Position numbers and translations under genes: made by a program. A DNA stretch of 63,312 bases from Candidatus Altimarinota bacterium (lineage in GTDB: Bacteria > Patescibacteriota > Gracilibacteria > BD1-5 > UBA2023). The stretch spans positions 1 through 63,312 of the forward strand of contig JANQGT010000032.1 of assembly GCA_028277205.1 (NCBI GenBank), in the 5' to 3' direction. Positions 38,953-53,345 of this stretch are shown here, piece by piece. The notes below the pieces were generated by a model that was given only the letters and a program-made list of their open reading frames with translations, had not been told where the DNA came from and made no database searches. Every line of letters begins with the position of its first letter. The first letter of the stretch is position 1.

Positions 38953-40356
38953 CTATAAAAGTCAAAATACAGTGGATTGACGAAATATGTCAGGTATACT
39001 ATGATTATCTTCACGCATACACAGGAGCTCCTTTTGCAGCATGGCTCTTTGGTGGGATGAGAGTGTTGGTAGGACGGTATCTCGAAATGTGAGGAGGATA
39101 TCCGGGAGCTTTGAGAGTTCAGCTTTTTTGATCGCATGTGAATAGTTTTCGAGTGCGAGCATGCATGCGAGCGTTGATTCTTTGATCGTACCGACGCATT
39201 CAAATGGCTTGTGTTCGGCGATTCAGAGGAGTGCGTGATACTGCTCTGTCAGTGATTCATGGGTGAAATAGTCGTCTCCGAAAATCGCCATGAGCTCATC
39301 GTACGACAAAAACGCCGCCATGAGCAGATAGACAAATGCGCACTTCGGACACGCGCCACACCATTTTGGCTCATCGTCGGATCATCGCTGCTTCATCGAA
39401 AAATTGCTGTTGCAGCTCGAAAATGCGCGATGATACTGCGGAAATTTTGAAAATATTTTTGCGATGGCGATCTCATGCAGTCCCGAGAGCATACTGAAAA
39501 TCTCGACTCCGCTCCCTATCGATCGGGCGATATACTCGCGAAAATCAAGCTCGAACTCGCGGGATTTGCTATACTGATGATTGACCGTGATACCGCTCCA
39601 TTGTAGATTTCCCTCGTCGGCGCTTGATTCATTTGAAAATGCGACGAGGCGATATCCGTCCAGTGCCGCCAGCACGAGCGCGACGAAGTGAATCATACCG
39701 GTAATTGGCACGTGTCCGTCGTAATATCCCTCGGCGTTTTTGAGCGTTTTTAGCTGCGGGTCCATGGTGCGCCGAACGAATCGGTGGGATATATTTGCCG
39801 CCTCGACAAATCGTCTGTGTGCCGGATAGTACTCTACTCAAAACGAAAACGCATCAAACGGAATACCGGTATCGCGCACGATCTCCACTGTTACGGCACT
39901 ATCTTTGCCGCCGCCGACGGGTACCAGTACGCGCTCGGAAACCGGGATAGCGACACAGTCATACCGGGTTGCGTCTTTGCTACTTGAAAATTTTGCGATA
40001 TTGTCCGGGTGAATGTCATTTTTGTAGCAAAACTCCGAAAGTCCAAGCCGGTAAAATGTATCCCAAAACCGGGCATCCTCCAGCGTAAGTACTCCTCATT
40101 CGCAGATGATGCGGGGGGTCGGTGATAGCTTGTAGTAGCTGATGCCGAGAGCGATGGACAGGGGAAAGAGCAGCGCGCGTATTTCGGTTGCAGAGAGGTG
40201 ATTTTCGCGAATGTCGATTTGATCACTTCGACAAAACTCTATCGTCTCCGTAAATGAAAGCGCCCCGTCAAATGCATACAAACACCGGGCAGTGCGTGTC
40301 GCGGGGTCGTACTGGATCGGCAGGATCCGAAATGTGTCGTAGCGCGCAGTAAACAT
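38953..40356 (-). CDS. murL: UDP-MurNAc-L-Ala-L-Glu epimerase MurL
   Basis: PP-loop VGGGKDS, DGHVPIT, SNESSA, VNHQYSKS, SCNSNF, WCGACPKC, HKPFECVG; one frame with TGA=Gly. Confidence 0.85.
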
Positions 40357-41126
40357 TACCGGTATTTTTTATCGATGAAAGTGTGCTGGATGCCAAATTT
40401 TCAAGCGAGATGATCGCCGAGTGCGCGCACTCCAAATGTCTCTGTCTCGTAGTGTCCGCCGAGAAACATGGACTGTCCCAGCTCGGCGGCGGCGAGGCGC
40501 TCATGATGTACACCCTCGCCAGTTATGAAAATATCATAGTTTGAATCATATGCTTCAGAAAAAATTCGTGCGGCTCCACCTGTCATACATGCGATACTTG
40601 CTATGTGCGTTTTTCATGAAAAATTATACAACTCATCCGTGAGTCCGATTTTTTGGCACGCCCCCTGAAAATTTGCCATAGAAACAGGAGCGGGAAGTCG
40701 AGCAGCGAATCCGATCATCTGTCCATGATACTCTCAAAATGGCTCCAGTACGACACCCGAAAATCCCAGCACCTCGCAAAGCGTGCGCATAAGCACGACA
40801 TTGTTGCCAATATCGGGATGCGCATCGAGTGGCAGATGGCACGCGTAGAGCGCGAGATCACCATCCAGAAATGCACGAGCCAGAGCGTAGTGCGTGCCTG
40901 TCAGGGGCTGCTCGCGACCCCAGTAGACCCCGTGATGGACTATGAGCATGTGCGCTCCCGCCGCGCGAGCCAGCTCTACCGTAAAAGTAGAGGCGTCCGT
41001 CGCAGTCGCGATATGCGTGATCTCATCGGATATATTTTCGATTTGGATGCCATTTCTCGAGTCGTCATCGAATGCGCGAATATCCAGGTACGTATCGAGA
41101 TAGCTGACAAGCTCGGATTTTTTCAT
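40356..41126 (-). CDS. Nif3-like dinuclear metal-binding protein (YbgI family)
   Basis: NGIQIE, HHGVYWG, CHLPLDAH..GNN, FITGE, GHYETE; TAATG overlap with the murL start. Confidence 0.9.
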
Positions 41127-41158
41127 ATACTTTCGATAGCGATATTTCCCTCAGTGTA

Positions 41159-42487
41159 ATGCCTGATACCAAAAAGCAAGAAAAAATCGCCATCCTCGGC
41201 TACGGTCGGGAGGGGCGGGCGGCACTGAAGTATTTGACAGTGCGGGAAAAAATATCATGAAACGATATCACCGTGCTGGATACCGGCATGACAGAGCGTC
41301 CCGACAGTCTTCACAGATCGGTGGATTTTATCGGTGGCATATCGGCATTTGACGATCTTGATGATTTTTCTCTGATCATAAAAAGTCCCGGTATTCCTCC
41401 CCATCGACTCGGCAAATACCGGGATCATCCCGGTCTTACATCACTTGCGAGACTTTTTTTTGAAAAAAAACCGGGTCGCATCATCGCCATTACCGGTACG
41501 AAAGGAAAGTCCACACTCGCGAGTCTCGCCGCGCATATCCTGCGCGAGGCGGGTCGGCGCGTCCTCCTGCTCGGAAATATCGGCACACCTCCGCTGCCAG
41601 CCTACGACCCCGCAGATCCGCCCGATCATATCGTCATAGAGATGTCCAGCTATATGCTGTATGATATCGCCCCAGCTGCGGATCACGCTATCCTGCTAAA
41701 TATCTATCCCGATCATCTGGACTGGCACGGGTCGTTTATAGCGTATCGGGATGCGAAATTGCAGATATTCACACACGCTCGAAAAAAGCTTGCGGGTGCG
41801 CAGATTATTCGCGAGGGGTATATCGAAAGCACTGCCGACATCGAGATATTTGGCGATGCCGGTAAATACCGCTATGAAAACGGCTCTTGGTGGCGAGATG
41901 CCGAGCCGCTTTTTGACCGTGTGGGGATGCGGATTTTCGGGCGACACGTATATGAAAATATCGCCTCGCTACTGTCGGTCATGGAGGATCTGCAGATCTC
42001 TACAGACACCATCGAGACATCTCTCAAATCCTTTCCGGGACTCCCGCATCGGCTGCAGTATATCGGTACTGTCGACGATATTGCCTGCTATGATGATGCC
42101 ATATCGACGACACCAGAGAGCACCATCGCGTCCCTTCGGGCTATCGCAGACTCGGAGGATGGGGCAGGCGTACCCATCGGCTCGGTGTTGCTTGGTGGGC
42201 AGGATCGCGGCTATCAGTATGCTCAGCTATGAGCAGCACTCGCGTCGCTGGACGTGTCGACTGTCATACTATTCGGTGAGGCGGGACGATCGATTCGACA
42301 GCATTTGCCTGCAAATGTCCATCATATCATCGAAACCGACAGTATGCGCACAGCGGTTGATTTTGCGCTCGCGCATACTCCTGCAGGTCGTGCGCTCGTC
42401 CTCTCGACGGCGGCGCCGAGCTATGGGATCTGGAGAAATTTTGAGGAAAAAGGGGAGGAATTCGCAAACTGCATTTTCATGAGATAA
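41159..42487 (+). CDS. murD: UDP-MurNAc-L-Ala--L-glutamate ligase (MurD2-type MurD)
   Basis: LGYGREG, KSPGI, ITGTKGKST, EMSSY, DHLDWHG, PHRLQ. DAISTTPES and GGQDRG replace the canonical DSKATN and GGxxKG. Confidence 0.85.
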
Positions 42488-42572
42488 CCTGCTCAAAACA
42501 ACTATCTAAAACAACGCTATTATCGGGGTACGCATACACACCCGGGTGGATTTCTCATGTTTTTTTCGTATC

Positions 42573-42929
42573 ATGGATGATATGAGATATTCATTTCAGA
42601 CGTTTTCAGAGTATCAGGAGGCACTGCGTCTGCTGCGTCGGTATCGTCGGATGCGGGGGGCGCTCGGGCGTCGTGCTTTTGCGCATTTTCTCGATGCGTG
42701 CACCCAGACTGTCCCCGCCAAAGCGGAGTATGCCTGCGACGCCGACAGAGCAAAGATCATCGAAAAACTTTGCGAGACGTTTCCGGATCTGCTCACGGAT
42801 GCGGTATGCGCGCGACTGGACGCATGCGAAAATCCCGCACTCACGGGCGGTGCGCGCATTTTCGTCGGAGATGAAATGGTGGATGCGTCGTTTGCGCGTG
42901 CTCGTCGGGATATCCTTTCTTCACTGTAA
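42573..42929 (+). CDS. atpH: ATP synthase delta subunit (short, divergent)
   Basis: ENPALTGGARIFVGDEMVDAS OSCP C-terminal motif; precedes atpA. Confidence 0.75.
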   Translation: MDDMRYSFQTFSEYQEALRLLRRYRRMRGALGRRAFAHFLDACTQTVPAKAEYACDADRAKIIEKLCETFPDLLTDAVCARLDACENPALTGGARIFVGDEMVDASFARARRDILSSL

Positions 42930-42934
42930 AATCT

Positions 42935-44449
42935 ATGTCAGTCGTCGATACCGTGTCCGATCTCATCCGCGATATCGAGCGCCGCCTCGACACCGCCGAG
43001 ATCGCCCCCGAGCGAAAAACGAGTGGCACGGTCGTCTCGGTCGCGGACGGCATCGCGCGAGTCTCGGGACTGTCGGGAGTTGCGTTTTCAGAGATTGTCG
43101 AGTTTGAGTGCGGTGCCCGGGGAGTCGCTCTCAATCTCGAGGAGTATACTGTGGGTGTCGTCGTATTGTCCGGTTTTCTGGATATATCGGAGGGGATGAT
43201 CGCCACGGGTACCGGTACGATGCTCGAGATACCGGTCTGAGAATCACTGCTGGGACGCGTCGTCGATCCCATGGGAAATGCGCTGGATGCCGGAGAACCG
43301 CTGACAGTGAAAACAACCGCTCCGGCTGAAAGACCGGCTCCCGGAGTCATGGATCGAAAATCCGTACATGAGCCGCTGCATACCGGTATCAAAGCAATCG
43401 ACGCACTGATACCCATCGGACGCTGACAGCGCGAGCTCATCATCGGTGATCGCGGCACCGGAAAGACGCAAATCGCCATCGACACGATCCTCGCCCAAAA
43501 GCACGAGGGAGTGCGATGCATCTATGTCGCCATCGGACAAAAAGATGCGAAAATCGCCGCCCTGACCGAGACCCTGCGAAAATCGGGCGCGATGGAATAT
43601 ACCACTATCGTGACGGCGGGGGCGAGCGCTCCTGCCAGTATGCGGTGGCTCGCACCGTATGCGGGATGCGCTATGGGCGAGTACTTCATGCGGCGAGGAG
43701 AGCATGCTCTGGTGGTGTACGACGATCTGTCGAAACACGCGAACGCCTACCGTGAAATGTCGCTGCTGCTGCGGCGTCCGCCAGGACGAGAGGCGTACCC
43801 CGGCGATGTGTTTTATCTGCACTCGCGTCTGCTGGAGCGCGCCGCAAAACTCTCGGATGAGATGGGCGGCGGCTCTCTGACGGCACTGCCTATCATCGAG
43901 ACGCAGGCGGGCGACGTCTCGGCGTATGTCCCGACGAATGTCATTTCCATCACCGACGGTCAGATTTTTCTTGAGACTTCACTCTTCAATTCTGGCGTGC
44001 GCCCCGCCGTAAACGTGGGACTCTCCGTCTCTCGCGTGGGCAGCTCGGCGCAAACCAAAGCCATGAAAAAAGTCGCGGGCGGTATAAAGCTGGTACTCGC
44101 CCAGTATCGCGAGCTGCAGTCGTTTTCCCAGTTTTCATCCGATCTGGATCCCGAGACGCGAAAATCGCTCGAACACGGGAGGCGACTCACCGAAATCCTG
44201 AAGCAGGATATTGATTCGCCCGTCCCGTTTGAAAAACAGATCGCACTGTTTTATATGACATGATGCGATATGCTCGACGATATACCGATCGAGCGCATTG
44301 CCGAGTTTGAAAATATGCTCTATCAAAAGCTGAATGCCGATGGAGAAGTGCTTCAAATACTTGGTAGGGAGCGCGCGCTCTCCGACGACACTGCTGCAAA
44401 AATGGACACGATCATCGATGAGACCTGCGCGCTTCTTTTATCATCGTAA
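42935..44449 (+). CDS. atpA: ATP synthase alpha subunit
   Basis: IGR(G)[36 protein letters not shown]. Confidence 0.97.
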
Positions 44450-44459
44450 ATTTTTTGAA

Positions 44460-45374
44460 ATGTCGAATGCCCGAGCGATCAAATCCCGTATCCGCTCCGC
44501 TAAAAATACGAGCAAAATCACAAAGGCGCTCGAGCTCGTCTCGACTGTAAAGATGAAAAAGACGGCGGATGCAGCACTCGGCGCACGCCCATTTTTACTT
44601 GAGGCGCTTGGATTTTTGGCGTCTTTACCGTCGATGCCGCATACCCGATATTCACCCCGTCCCCAGCAGAGTGATGCGGATACGAGCACGAAAAAACATC
44701 TCATCCTCGTCGTGACAAGCGATCGGGGACTTTGCGGTGCGTATAATGCGGCGATTTTTCGCGCGCTCGGTCACATGATCGAAGGGTGCGGAATTGAAAC
44801 GTACGACTTTGCGGTGATGGGAAAAAAGGGAAGGCGCTTCGTGGAAAAGCATCGTGGAAACATCGTCGCCGATTTTTCCGAGGATATACCGGCGCGTCCG
44901 AGCTTTGACGATATTCGTCCGATTGCTCGATTTTTGCGTGATCGTTTTTCGGACGCTTGTGATTTTCGAGTCGATATTTTGTCTGCCCGCTACGTCTCTA
45001 CGATGGAGTATCGTGTGAAAAAAAGCGAATTTTTGCCCATAGACAGTGTACGATTCGCTGAGTTTTTTTACCAGATTGATACGGGGACGCCCGAAAAAAT
45101 ACAGCCGATCGACGCGACGATCGAGCCAAATCTCTCCTCGATGGTCGAGTCGTTTCTGCCGATAGCACTGGATGCGATGCTCTTTGAGGTAATACTCTCG
45201 GCACGATCCGCGGAGCACGCATCGCGGATGATCGCGATGAAAAGCGCATCGGACAACGCCAAACAAAAAGCCGCCTCTCTGAGCCTCGACTACCACAAAG
45301 CGCGCCAGGCGTCGATCACTCAGGAGGTATCGGAAATTGTTTCGGGGATGGAGAGTCAGCGAGAATCCTTTTAA
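44460..45374 (+). CDS. atpG: ATP synthase gamma subunit
   Basis: KITKALELV, SDRGLCGAYN, EHASRMIAM, RQASITQEV. Confidence 0.95.
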   Translation: MSNARAIKSRIRSAKNTSKITKALELVSTVKMKKTADAALGARPFLLEALGFLASLPSMPHTRYSPRPQQSDADTSTKKHLILVVTSDRGLCGAYNAAIFRALGHMIEGCGIETYDFAVMGKKGRRFVEKHRGNIVADFSEDIPARPSFDDIRPIARFLRDRFSDACDFRVDILSARYVSTMEYRVKKSEFLPIDSVRFAEFFYQIDTGTPEKIQPIDATIEPNLSSMVESFLPIALDAMLFEVILSARSAEHASRMIAMKSASDNAKQKAASLSLDYHKARQASITQEVSEIVSGMESQRESF

Positions 45375-45384
45375 TTTCTACTCT

Positions 45385-45834
45385 ATGGAAAAACATCTCA
45401 TCGTCTATACGGATGGCGGCGCTCGCGGAAATCCCGGACCGGCGGGACTCGGCGTCTATATCGTCGATACCGCGGGTCGTGAAATCGACCGCGTCTATCA
45501 CTATCTGGGCAAACGGACAAACAATCAGGCAGAGTATCTGGGCGCTCTGGTGGGAGTGCGTCGGGCGATAGAGCTCGGGGCGACCGATATCGATCTGCGG
45601 ATGGACAGCGAGCTCATCATCAAACAGCTGCTTGGAAAATACCGAGTGCGAAATCCGGAGCTCTCCCGCATCAAAACCGAGATACTTTCGACGCTCTCGC
45701 GCTGGTCGGGACATATCCGATTTACGCATATACCCCGCAGCCAAAACTGTCATGCCGACCGCCTCGCCAATCGCGCGATGATTGAGGCGGGCGAGCCGGT
45801 TTCGTTTGAGTTTTCTCAGCAGTCACTTTCTTAG
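45385..45834 (+). CDS. rnhA: Ribonuclease HI family protein (no basic protrusion)
   Basis: YTDGGARGNPGPAG, TNNQAEY, DSEL, HIPRSQN..ADRLAN. Confidence 0.9.
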   Translation: MEKHLIVYTDGGARGNPGPAGLGVYIVDTAGREIDRVYHYLGKRTNNQAEYLGALVGVRRAIELGATDIDLRMDSELIIKQLLGKYRVRNPELSRIKTEILSTLSRWSGHIRFTHIPRSQNCHADRLANRAMIEAGEPVSFEFSQQSLS

Positions 45835-45845
45835 ATTTTTTGCCT

Positions 45846-47243
<1,398 letters not shown>

Positions 47244-47281
47244 CTTGATACAATATACTCGATATCAATTACTAAAATAGT

Positions 47282-47734
47282 ATGCATCCCTGACTCGATC
47301 ATATCGGTATCGCCACCGTCTCCTGGATGTATCATGGTGGCGAGATCCTCATGAATCTGGCGTGAGAGGGTGTGCGTGATAATGCCGGACTCTGGCGTCC
47401 TCTCGGCGGAGTGGTGGAGTATGGCGAGACGATCGAGCGCGCGCTTTTTCGGGAGATGGAGGAGGAGTCGGGCATCCCGGAGAGCATGATCGCAGAGACG
47501 ACATTGCTGGGATATCAGGAAAAAATCGGGGACGGCGCGCACTGGATTTTATTTTTCTATGCGATGCGTGTACGAGAGCGATGACACGAGCGTATCACCG
47601 AGCCCGACAAAGTCGTCGATATGCGCTGGATGACGCTCGATGAGATACTCGCCCTGCCAGACCTTCATACGAATCTCCCTGTCGCACTCTCGCTGCATGG
47701 CGCAAAACTGCGCGCATTGGTCGAAAGCTCATAA
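47282..47734 (+). CDS. Nudix hydrolase
   Basis: GGVVEYGETIERALFREMEEESG; extended at both ends through TGA. Confidence 0.88.
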
Positions 47735-47744
47735 TCCCTACTGC

Positions 47745-48152
47745 ATGTATCTGCGTCTCATCAGTGTCGATCGTATCGTATTTGAGGGAGAGGTCGCCTC
47801 GGTGCGCGCTCCAGTGTCGGATGGACAGATCGCCGTATTGCCGCATCACGAGCCTTTTGCCTCTACTATCGTGCCTGGAGCTCTCGTATTTCAGGATGAT
47901 ACTGAGAGCATGCACGCATACGCCGTCGGATCCGGAGTGCTCCGAGTGGAGGATGACACGGTGAGCGTCCTGGTCGATATGGCGGAGCATGCCGTCAATA
48001 TCAATACCGAGGCGACGCTATCACGCAAAAATGCACTCGAAGACGAGATACAAAAGCTTCGTGCGGGATGAGAGCCTGAAAATTCAGAGATACTCATGGA
48101 GCTCGAGGATCGCCGTCTTCGCGAGACGGCACGCCTTTCGGTCACTGTATAG
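47745..48152 (+). CDS. atpC: ATP synthase epsilon subunit
   Basis: GQIAVLPHHEP, AVGSGVLRVE..VSVLVD. Confidence 0.9.
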
Positions 48153-48163
48153 TCACTTTTACC

Positions 48164-48580
48164 ATGAAGATCTTTATCCCGATCGTCACTGCTGTGATAG
48201 TCTATCGTGATCGCATCCTCATCCTGCGTCGTGCTCCGGGGGATTCGTATCCTGATGAGTGGGATTTTCCAGGTGGAGGGATGGAGTGGGGCGAGACTCC
48301 GGAGCATGCCACTATCCGAGAAGTTCGTGAAGAAACCGGGCTTGATATTTTGGATCCGGTGCCGTTTCGGACGTGGAGTTTGTTTGCAGGAGAGCGGCAG
48401 TACATCGGCATTTCTCACTATGTTCGGCTCGATGCGTCTGCGACCCCGTCGGTCACTCTCTCCTCAGAGCATACCGAATACCGATGGGAAACCGTCAATG
48501 ATTTGCTCTCGCGTACGGATATTCTCAGCTGGATGCGAGAGGAGATTGATGAGATTTTGAGACGATTTCCAGCTTCCTAG
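48164..48580 (+). CDS. Nudix hydrolase
   Basis: WDFPGGGMEWGETPEHATIREVREETGL, LSSEH. Confidence 0.9.
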   Translation: MKIFIPIVTAVIVYRDRILILRRAPGDSYPDEWDFPGGGMEWGETPEHATIREVREETGLDILDPVPFRTWSLFAGERQYIGISHYVRLDASATPSVTLSSEHTEYRWETVNDLLSRTDILSWMREEIDEILRRFPAS

Positions 48581-50862
48581 TGCAGTTTGATCAGTCGCAG
48601 ACTTTCGAGATTTGGGAGAGCGATTTTTAGTCGCTCGTGAAATCGATCGAATATATAGTAGTCTTCCTCTTCGGTGTAGAGCTGGATGATTGCTTTTATA
48701 CGACGATTTGGGAGGCGTTCGGTATGCGCTTCTTCGAGCTGGAGGCGCATCGTATAGATGATCTCGCCGAGCTGTTTCAGCAGATCGATTTCAGCTTCGA
48801 GTATGAGCTCCACGGTGATGGATACTCCGGTCTCGACATGCGTCTCGAAATGCGCTGGCAGGAGGCGTTCGATTCGACATCGTTTGAGCGATGAACAGGT
48901 AGCGTTATGAATTCGGATGCCGTGTCGTCCGACATGGGCGATGATTTTCGAGTACTCGTCGACCTGACAACACTGGGCGAATGTATAGGGAATATTTGCC
49001 TCTCCGCTGATGATGATGCCCGGCAGGGGTGTATTTTCCTTTGCAGTGATGATGATCGGCTGCTCGCCTTTTGATTTTTCACGTGCCTTTTTCAGATGCT
49101 TTCCCCGCAGCTCCTCCAGTCCTCGGATGATAGAGCTCGGGCGACGCGAGAGATTTCCTATCTGGACGAGCACGTCTTCTTTTTCTTTCGGTCCGAGCTC
49201 TTTATTGTCGAGGTGATTGAAGAGTGAGAGATCTTTATCGAGTGCTTTTCCAAAGTGTTTGAGCAGATATGAATTGATGATAAAACGTCCTCTCTCGATT
49301 AGTTCTTCGCGCCGTTCGCGATTTATGGATGCCTTGATGACTTCTTTTGCGCGTACCGTTTTGACAAACGACAGCCAGGTAACGCTCGGACGTTTGTGCT
49401 GATCGACGATGATTTCGACCTGATCTCCATTGCGCAGCTCGTGATCGAGCGAGACGACGCGTCCGTTTACCTTTGCTATGGAAGTGCCATTTCCCACGTC
49501 GGAGTGGATACAGTAGGCAAAATCCACGGGCGTGCTGCCTCTGGGGAGAGTTTTTATATCTCCTTTCGGCGTAAAGACAAAGATGCGATCATCGAAAATC
49601 CCGATCTTTATATGCGAGAGAAACTCCGAATCATGCGTGTTTCTGAGGATTTCCTTGAGCTCATTGACCCATGAGACGTCTTTCGTGGTTTTCGATCGTC
49701 CTACCTCCGAATACGCGAAGTGGGCGGCGATACCGATTTCCGCATGTTCGTGCATTTCGCGTGTGCGAATTTGTATCTCTGTCGGCTGACGACGATTGAC
49801 CGTTTCCTTTGAAAAATCGCGAAAAAGCCCCACAACCGTCGTATGCAGACTCTGATAGTGATTTTCTTTCGGGAGAGCGATATAGTCTTTGAATCGACGG
49901 GGAACCGGTACAAAACTATTGTGAATGGTGCCGAGAATATCGTAGCAGTCGTCGACGCTCTTGGTGATGATGCGTATGGCGAAAATATCATAAATGTCCG
50001 CCACGCGCTCATAGCCCTTTCGCTGCATTTTTTTATGGATGCTGTAGGGAGATTTGACGCGATAGGAAACATCGAGGACATTGATATCTTTATTGCGAAA
50101 AAGCTCGTAAATTTTTTGCTTTGCCAGTGCGATGAAAGCTTCTTGATTTGCCCGCATGGTATCGAGTTCGCTTCGGATCTCGTAGTATCGTTCGGGCAGG
50201 AGGTGCTTGAAACATTCGTTTTCGAGGATTTCTTTGAATTCGAAAATACCGAGCCGGTCGGCGATGGGAGCGTATAGATTGAGCGTTTCCGTCGCGATGC
50301 GGTTTCGTTTCTCTTTGTCCTGATGGTACTGGAGCGTGCGCATATTATGAATGCGATCGGCGAGCTTTACGAATATTACCCGCATGTCCTCGCTCATCGC
50401 GATAAACATTTTTCGCAAACTGCTGATCTCACGCTCCTCGCCACGATAGCGTACGCGCGAGACCTTTTCCACGCCCGCCACGATATAGGCGACGTCTTTT
50501 CAAAAAATTTTTTCGATGTCCTCCACAGTGCAATCGGTGTCCTCGGGAACGTCATGCAGCAGTGTCGCCTCGATCGTGATGAGATCCGGCTGCAGACGCA
50601 AAAGCTCCTGTGTCGCGAGCACCGGATGGATGATGTACGGTTCGCCCGACTTTCGAAAATCACCCTCATGCGCCTCTCGCGCAAAGTGATATGCCCGCGT
50701 TATTCGCTCGCGGATTTTGTCTCTGGGTATCCCGTGCATATATCCGATCACCGTTTTGATGATTTGCGCTACTACCGTATCGAGCTGTTTATAGTCATCC
50801 CGGAGGCGTATCCGGGTTTCGGCAGTGTCGCGTTTTGATGAGGTGGGAGGGGTTTTCGGCAT
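48577..50862 (-). CDS. rel: Bifunctional (p)ppGpp synthetase/hydrolase Rel
   Basis: HD domain (RKSGEPYIIHP, LLHDVPEDT), synthetase (KDYIALPKENHYQSLHT, EIQIRT), TGS (FTPKG..DFAY), CC motif. Confidence 0.93.
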
Positions 50863-50912
50863 GGGGAAAATGATGTCGATATGATACCCGGTCTTCTAAA
50901 ACAATCAATACG

Positions 50913-53345
50913 CTACGTCCGAAGTAAAATGCCGCGTACCGAGAGCATACTCACGATACGATCCTGGATCGCGAGCGCCTGCTCGTCTGTGATGGTGCCA
51001 TCCTCCTCCTGCATCCGGATACGAAATGAGACGGACTTTTTCCCTGTCTCGATGCGATCGCTGTCCTCATACACGTCGATGACCGATACGCTGCGTATGA
51101 GCTCGTGCATATCCAGGATCTCTCTCTCGATGTCTCCTGTCGGTGTACGCGCATCCATGATGAAATCAAGCTCGCGATCAATGGTAGGAAAGCGAATGAT
51201 GGGACTGTAGTGAAATTTGCTCGTCTCGGATATGAACAGCAGGAGGGCGATGTCGATCTGCAGATACAGCGTCTCGGTAGAAATCTCGAAGGCTCTCGCG
51301 CGCTCGGGATGGATCCGTCCGAAGCTCACACTCGCAGTGTCGCCGAGGTGCAGCCGCGCTGATTTATTTGGGTGAAATATCGAATTTTCCGGTATGTCCT
51401 CCCGGATGACCGGAGGGATATTCGGCGCAAACGTATGCGCGAGATCGTCGATGAGTGTTCGCAGTCCTTTCAGACTCCATCCGGAAAATACCGCCGAGAG
51501 AAATATCCGCTCCGAGGGATTGTCGTTTTCGGTATGAAAATAGCTCTTTCCGATGTCGTAAAACGCAAACTCATCATACTCCCGCATATTGTCCGCGACC
51601 GAGCAAAAGAGCATACCGGCAGCAGTGCGACGCATGAGCGACGCTTCTTCAGAGTAGGCGTTCGCGACCGCTATCGCTCGGCTCGGATCGAGTCAGAGTT
51701 TTGCATCCAGAGCCGGATATGAAAATGAACGCGTATATACTTCATAGACTCACTTTCCGCAAAAAAACTCCCGCAGCCGATGCTGAAAATGTACGAGCGG
51801 ATCGACGGGTATCGGCACAAAGTCTCCCGAGAACGCCACCGGCTCTATGTGCTCGTAGCCGTAATGGCGGGCGATCTCCTCCACGATATCCTCGGGAATA
51901 TCGACGTCTTTCGTCGCGCGCCAGGATGGGACGCGTATCTCGTAGTTTCCGGTATTTTCCGTGACACCAAATCATAGCCGGACCAAAATATCATGAATTT
52001 TTTCTGGTGAAATATCCGCACCGATGCGCGATGTCAGAAATGCATGCGAGCAGCTGACAGTGATATCTCGCAGCTTCGTCGTATCCAGAAAATGAAATGT
52101 CTTCGCAGGCGCTCTATCGTATCCGTAAAACTGCATATAGTCTCCAAGTCGTCGAGTCGCACGCTCCGGAAGCAGCGGATCGAGAGATTTTTCGTAGCGG
52201 GTGGATGCGTCCGTGCGAATACCGAGTCGCTGAGCGGTACGCCGCACCGTCGTCGCATCAAAACAAACCGCCTCGTAGACGACCCGCGTAGTCGACTCTG
52301 TCACCGCTGTCGACATGCCGCCCATGATCCCCGCGATGCTGATGGGTCCGGAGTCGTCCGCGATCACGACGTCGTCCGGGGTGAGCGTATAGGTCTTGCC
52401 GTTCAGAGCGTCGATCGTCTCGCCGTCGTGGGCTTTTCGGATGCGTATCATACCGCGGACTTTTTCGTAGTCGAATGCGTGCATGGGCTGACCGAGCTCG
52501 GTCATGATGGCATTGGTGATGTCGACGTGCGTGTATTTCGTCGCTATGCCCGAGGCGTGCAGGAGATGAGTGACACCGTCAAATACGCTCTTTCTCGTCA
52601 GGGCATTTTCATAGAGCATAAAGTGTGCCGACTGTACTGCGTCCGTCTCGATTTTCGCGCTAAACTCGGATATTTCTGCGATTTGTTTCGGATCATCGGC
52701 GATAAAATCCTGTCTGAAAATCGCCGCAAACTCTCGCGCATTTCCCTCTACCGAAAAGAGGTCGGGGCGATTGGTGATAAATTTATTGTCAATTTCGAAC
52801 ACTGTCGTGCGAAGCGGGACAAAAAATATCTCGCCGTCGCGTCCGGGAAATGGGAGCGTGAGATCAAATACCGGTTTTCCGATGCTTTTTTCGAGAGTGG
52901 TCTCATCGATACACTCCTCTAAAATGAGTATGCCCTCTGCCCGCTCGTCGGCGAGAGAGAGCTCATCCAGACTGCAGATCATCCCGTCGCTCGTCTCGCC
53001 CCGGATCTGCGAGCGCTGGATTTCCAGATCTTCGCGCAGCTTCGTGCCGGGCAGAGCGACGGCGACATAGTGCGCATTTCGGACATTCGGTGCGCCACAG
53101 ACGATTTGTCGCGGATCTCATTTGTCGGTATGTAGCGTCACGACATTCAGTCGATCGGAGTCGGAATGCGCTCGCACGCTTTCGATTTTTCCCACGACGA
53201 CCGAGTCCGGCACACCGATATGGATGATATCGTCGATCTCGGCAGTGCGGATAGAGTATGTATGGGCGAGCGACGTATCGTTGATTTCGGAGCGGATCGC
53301 GTCGATATCCGTGTAGCGCCGGATCCACGAGAGCGGGATTTTCAT
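50913..53345 (-). CDS. pheT: Phenylalanine--tRNA ligase beta subunit
   Basis: MKIPLSWI, IVCGAPN, GMICS, NRPDL, VPSWR..EEIARHYGY, FDX-ACB C-terminus. Confidence 0.95.
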
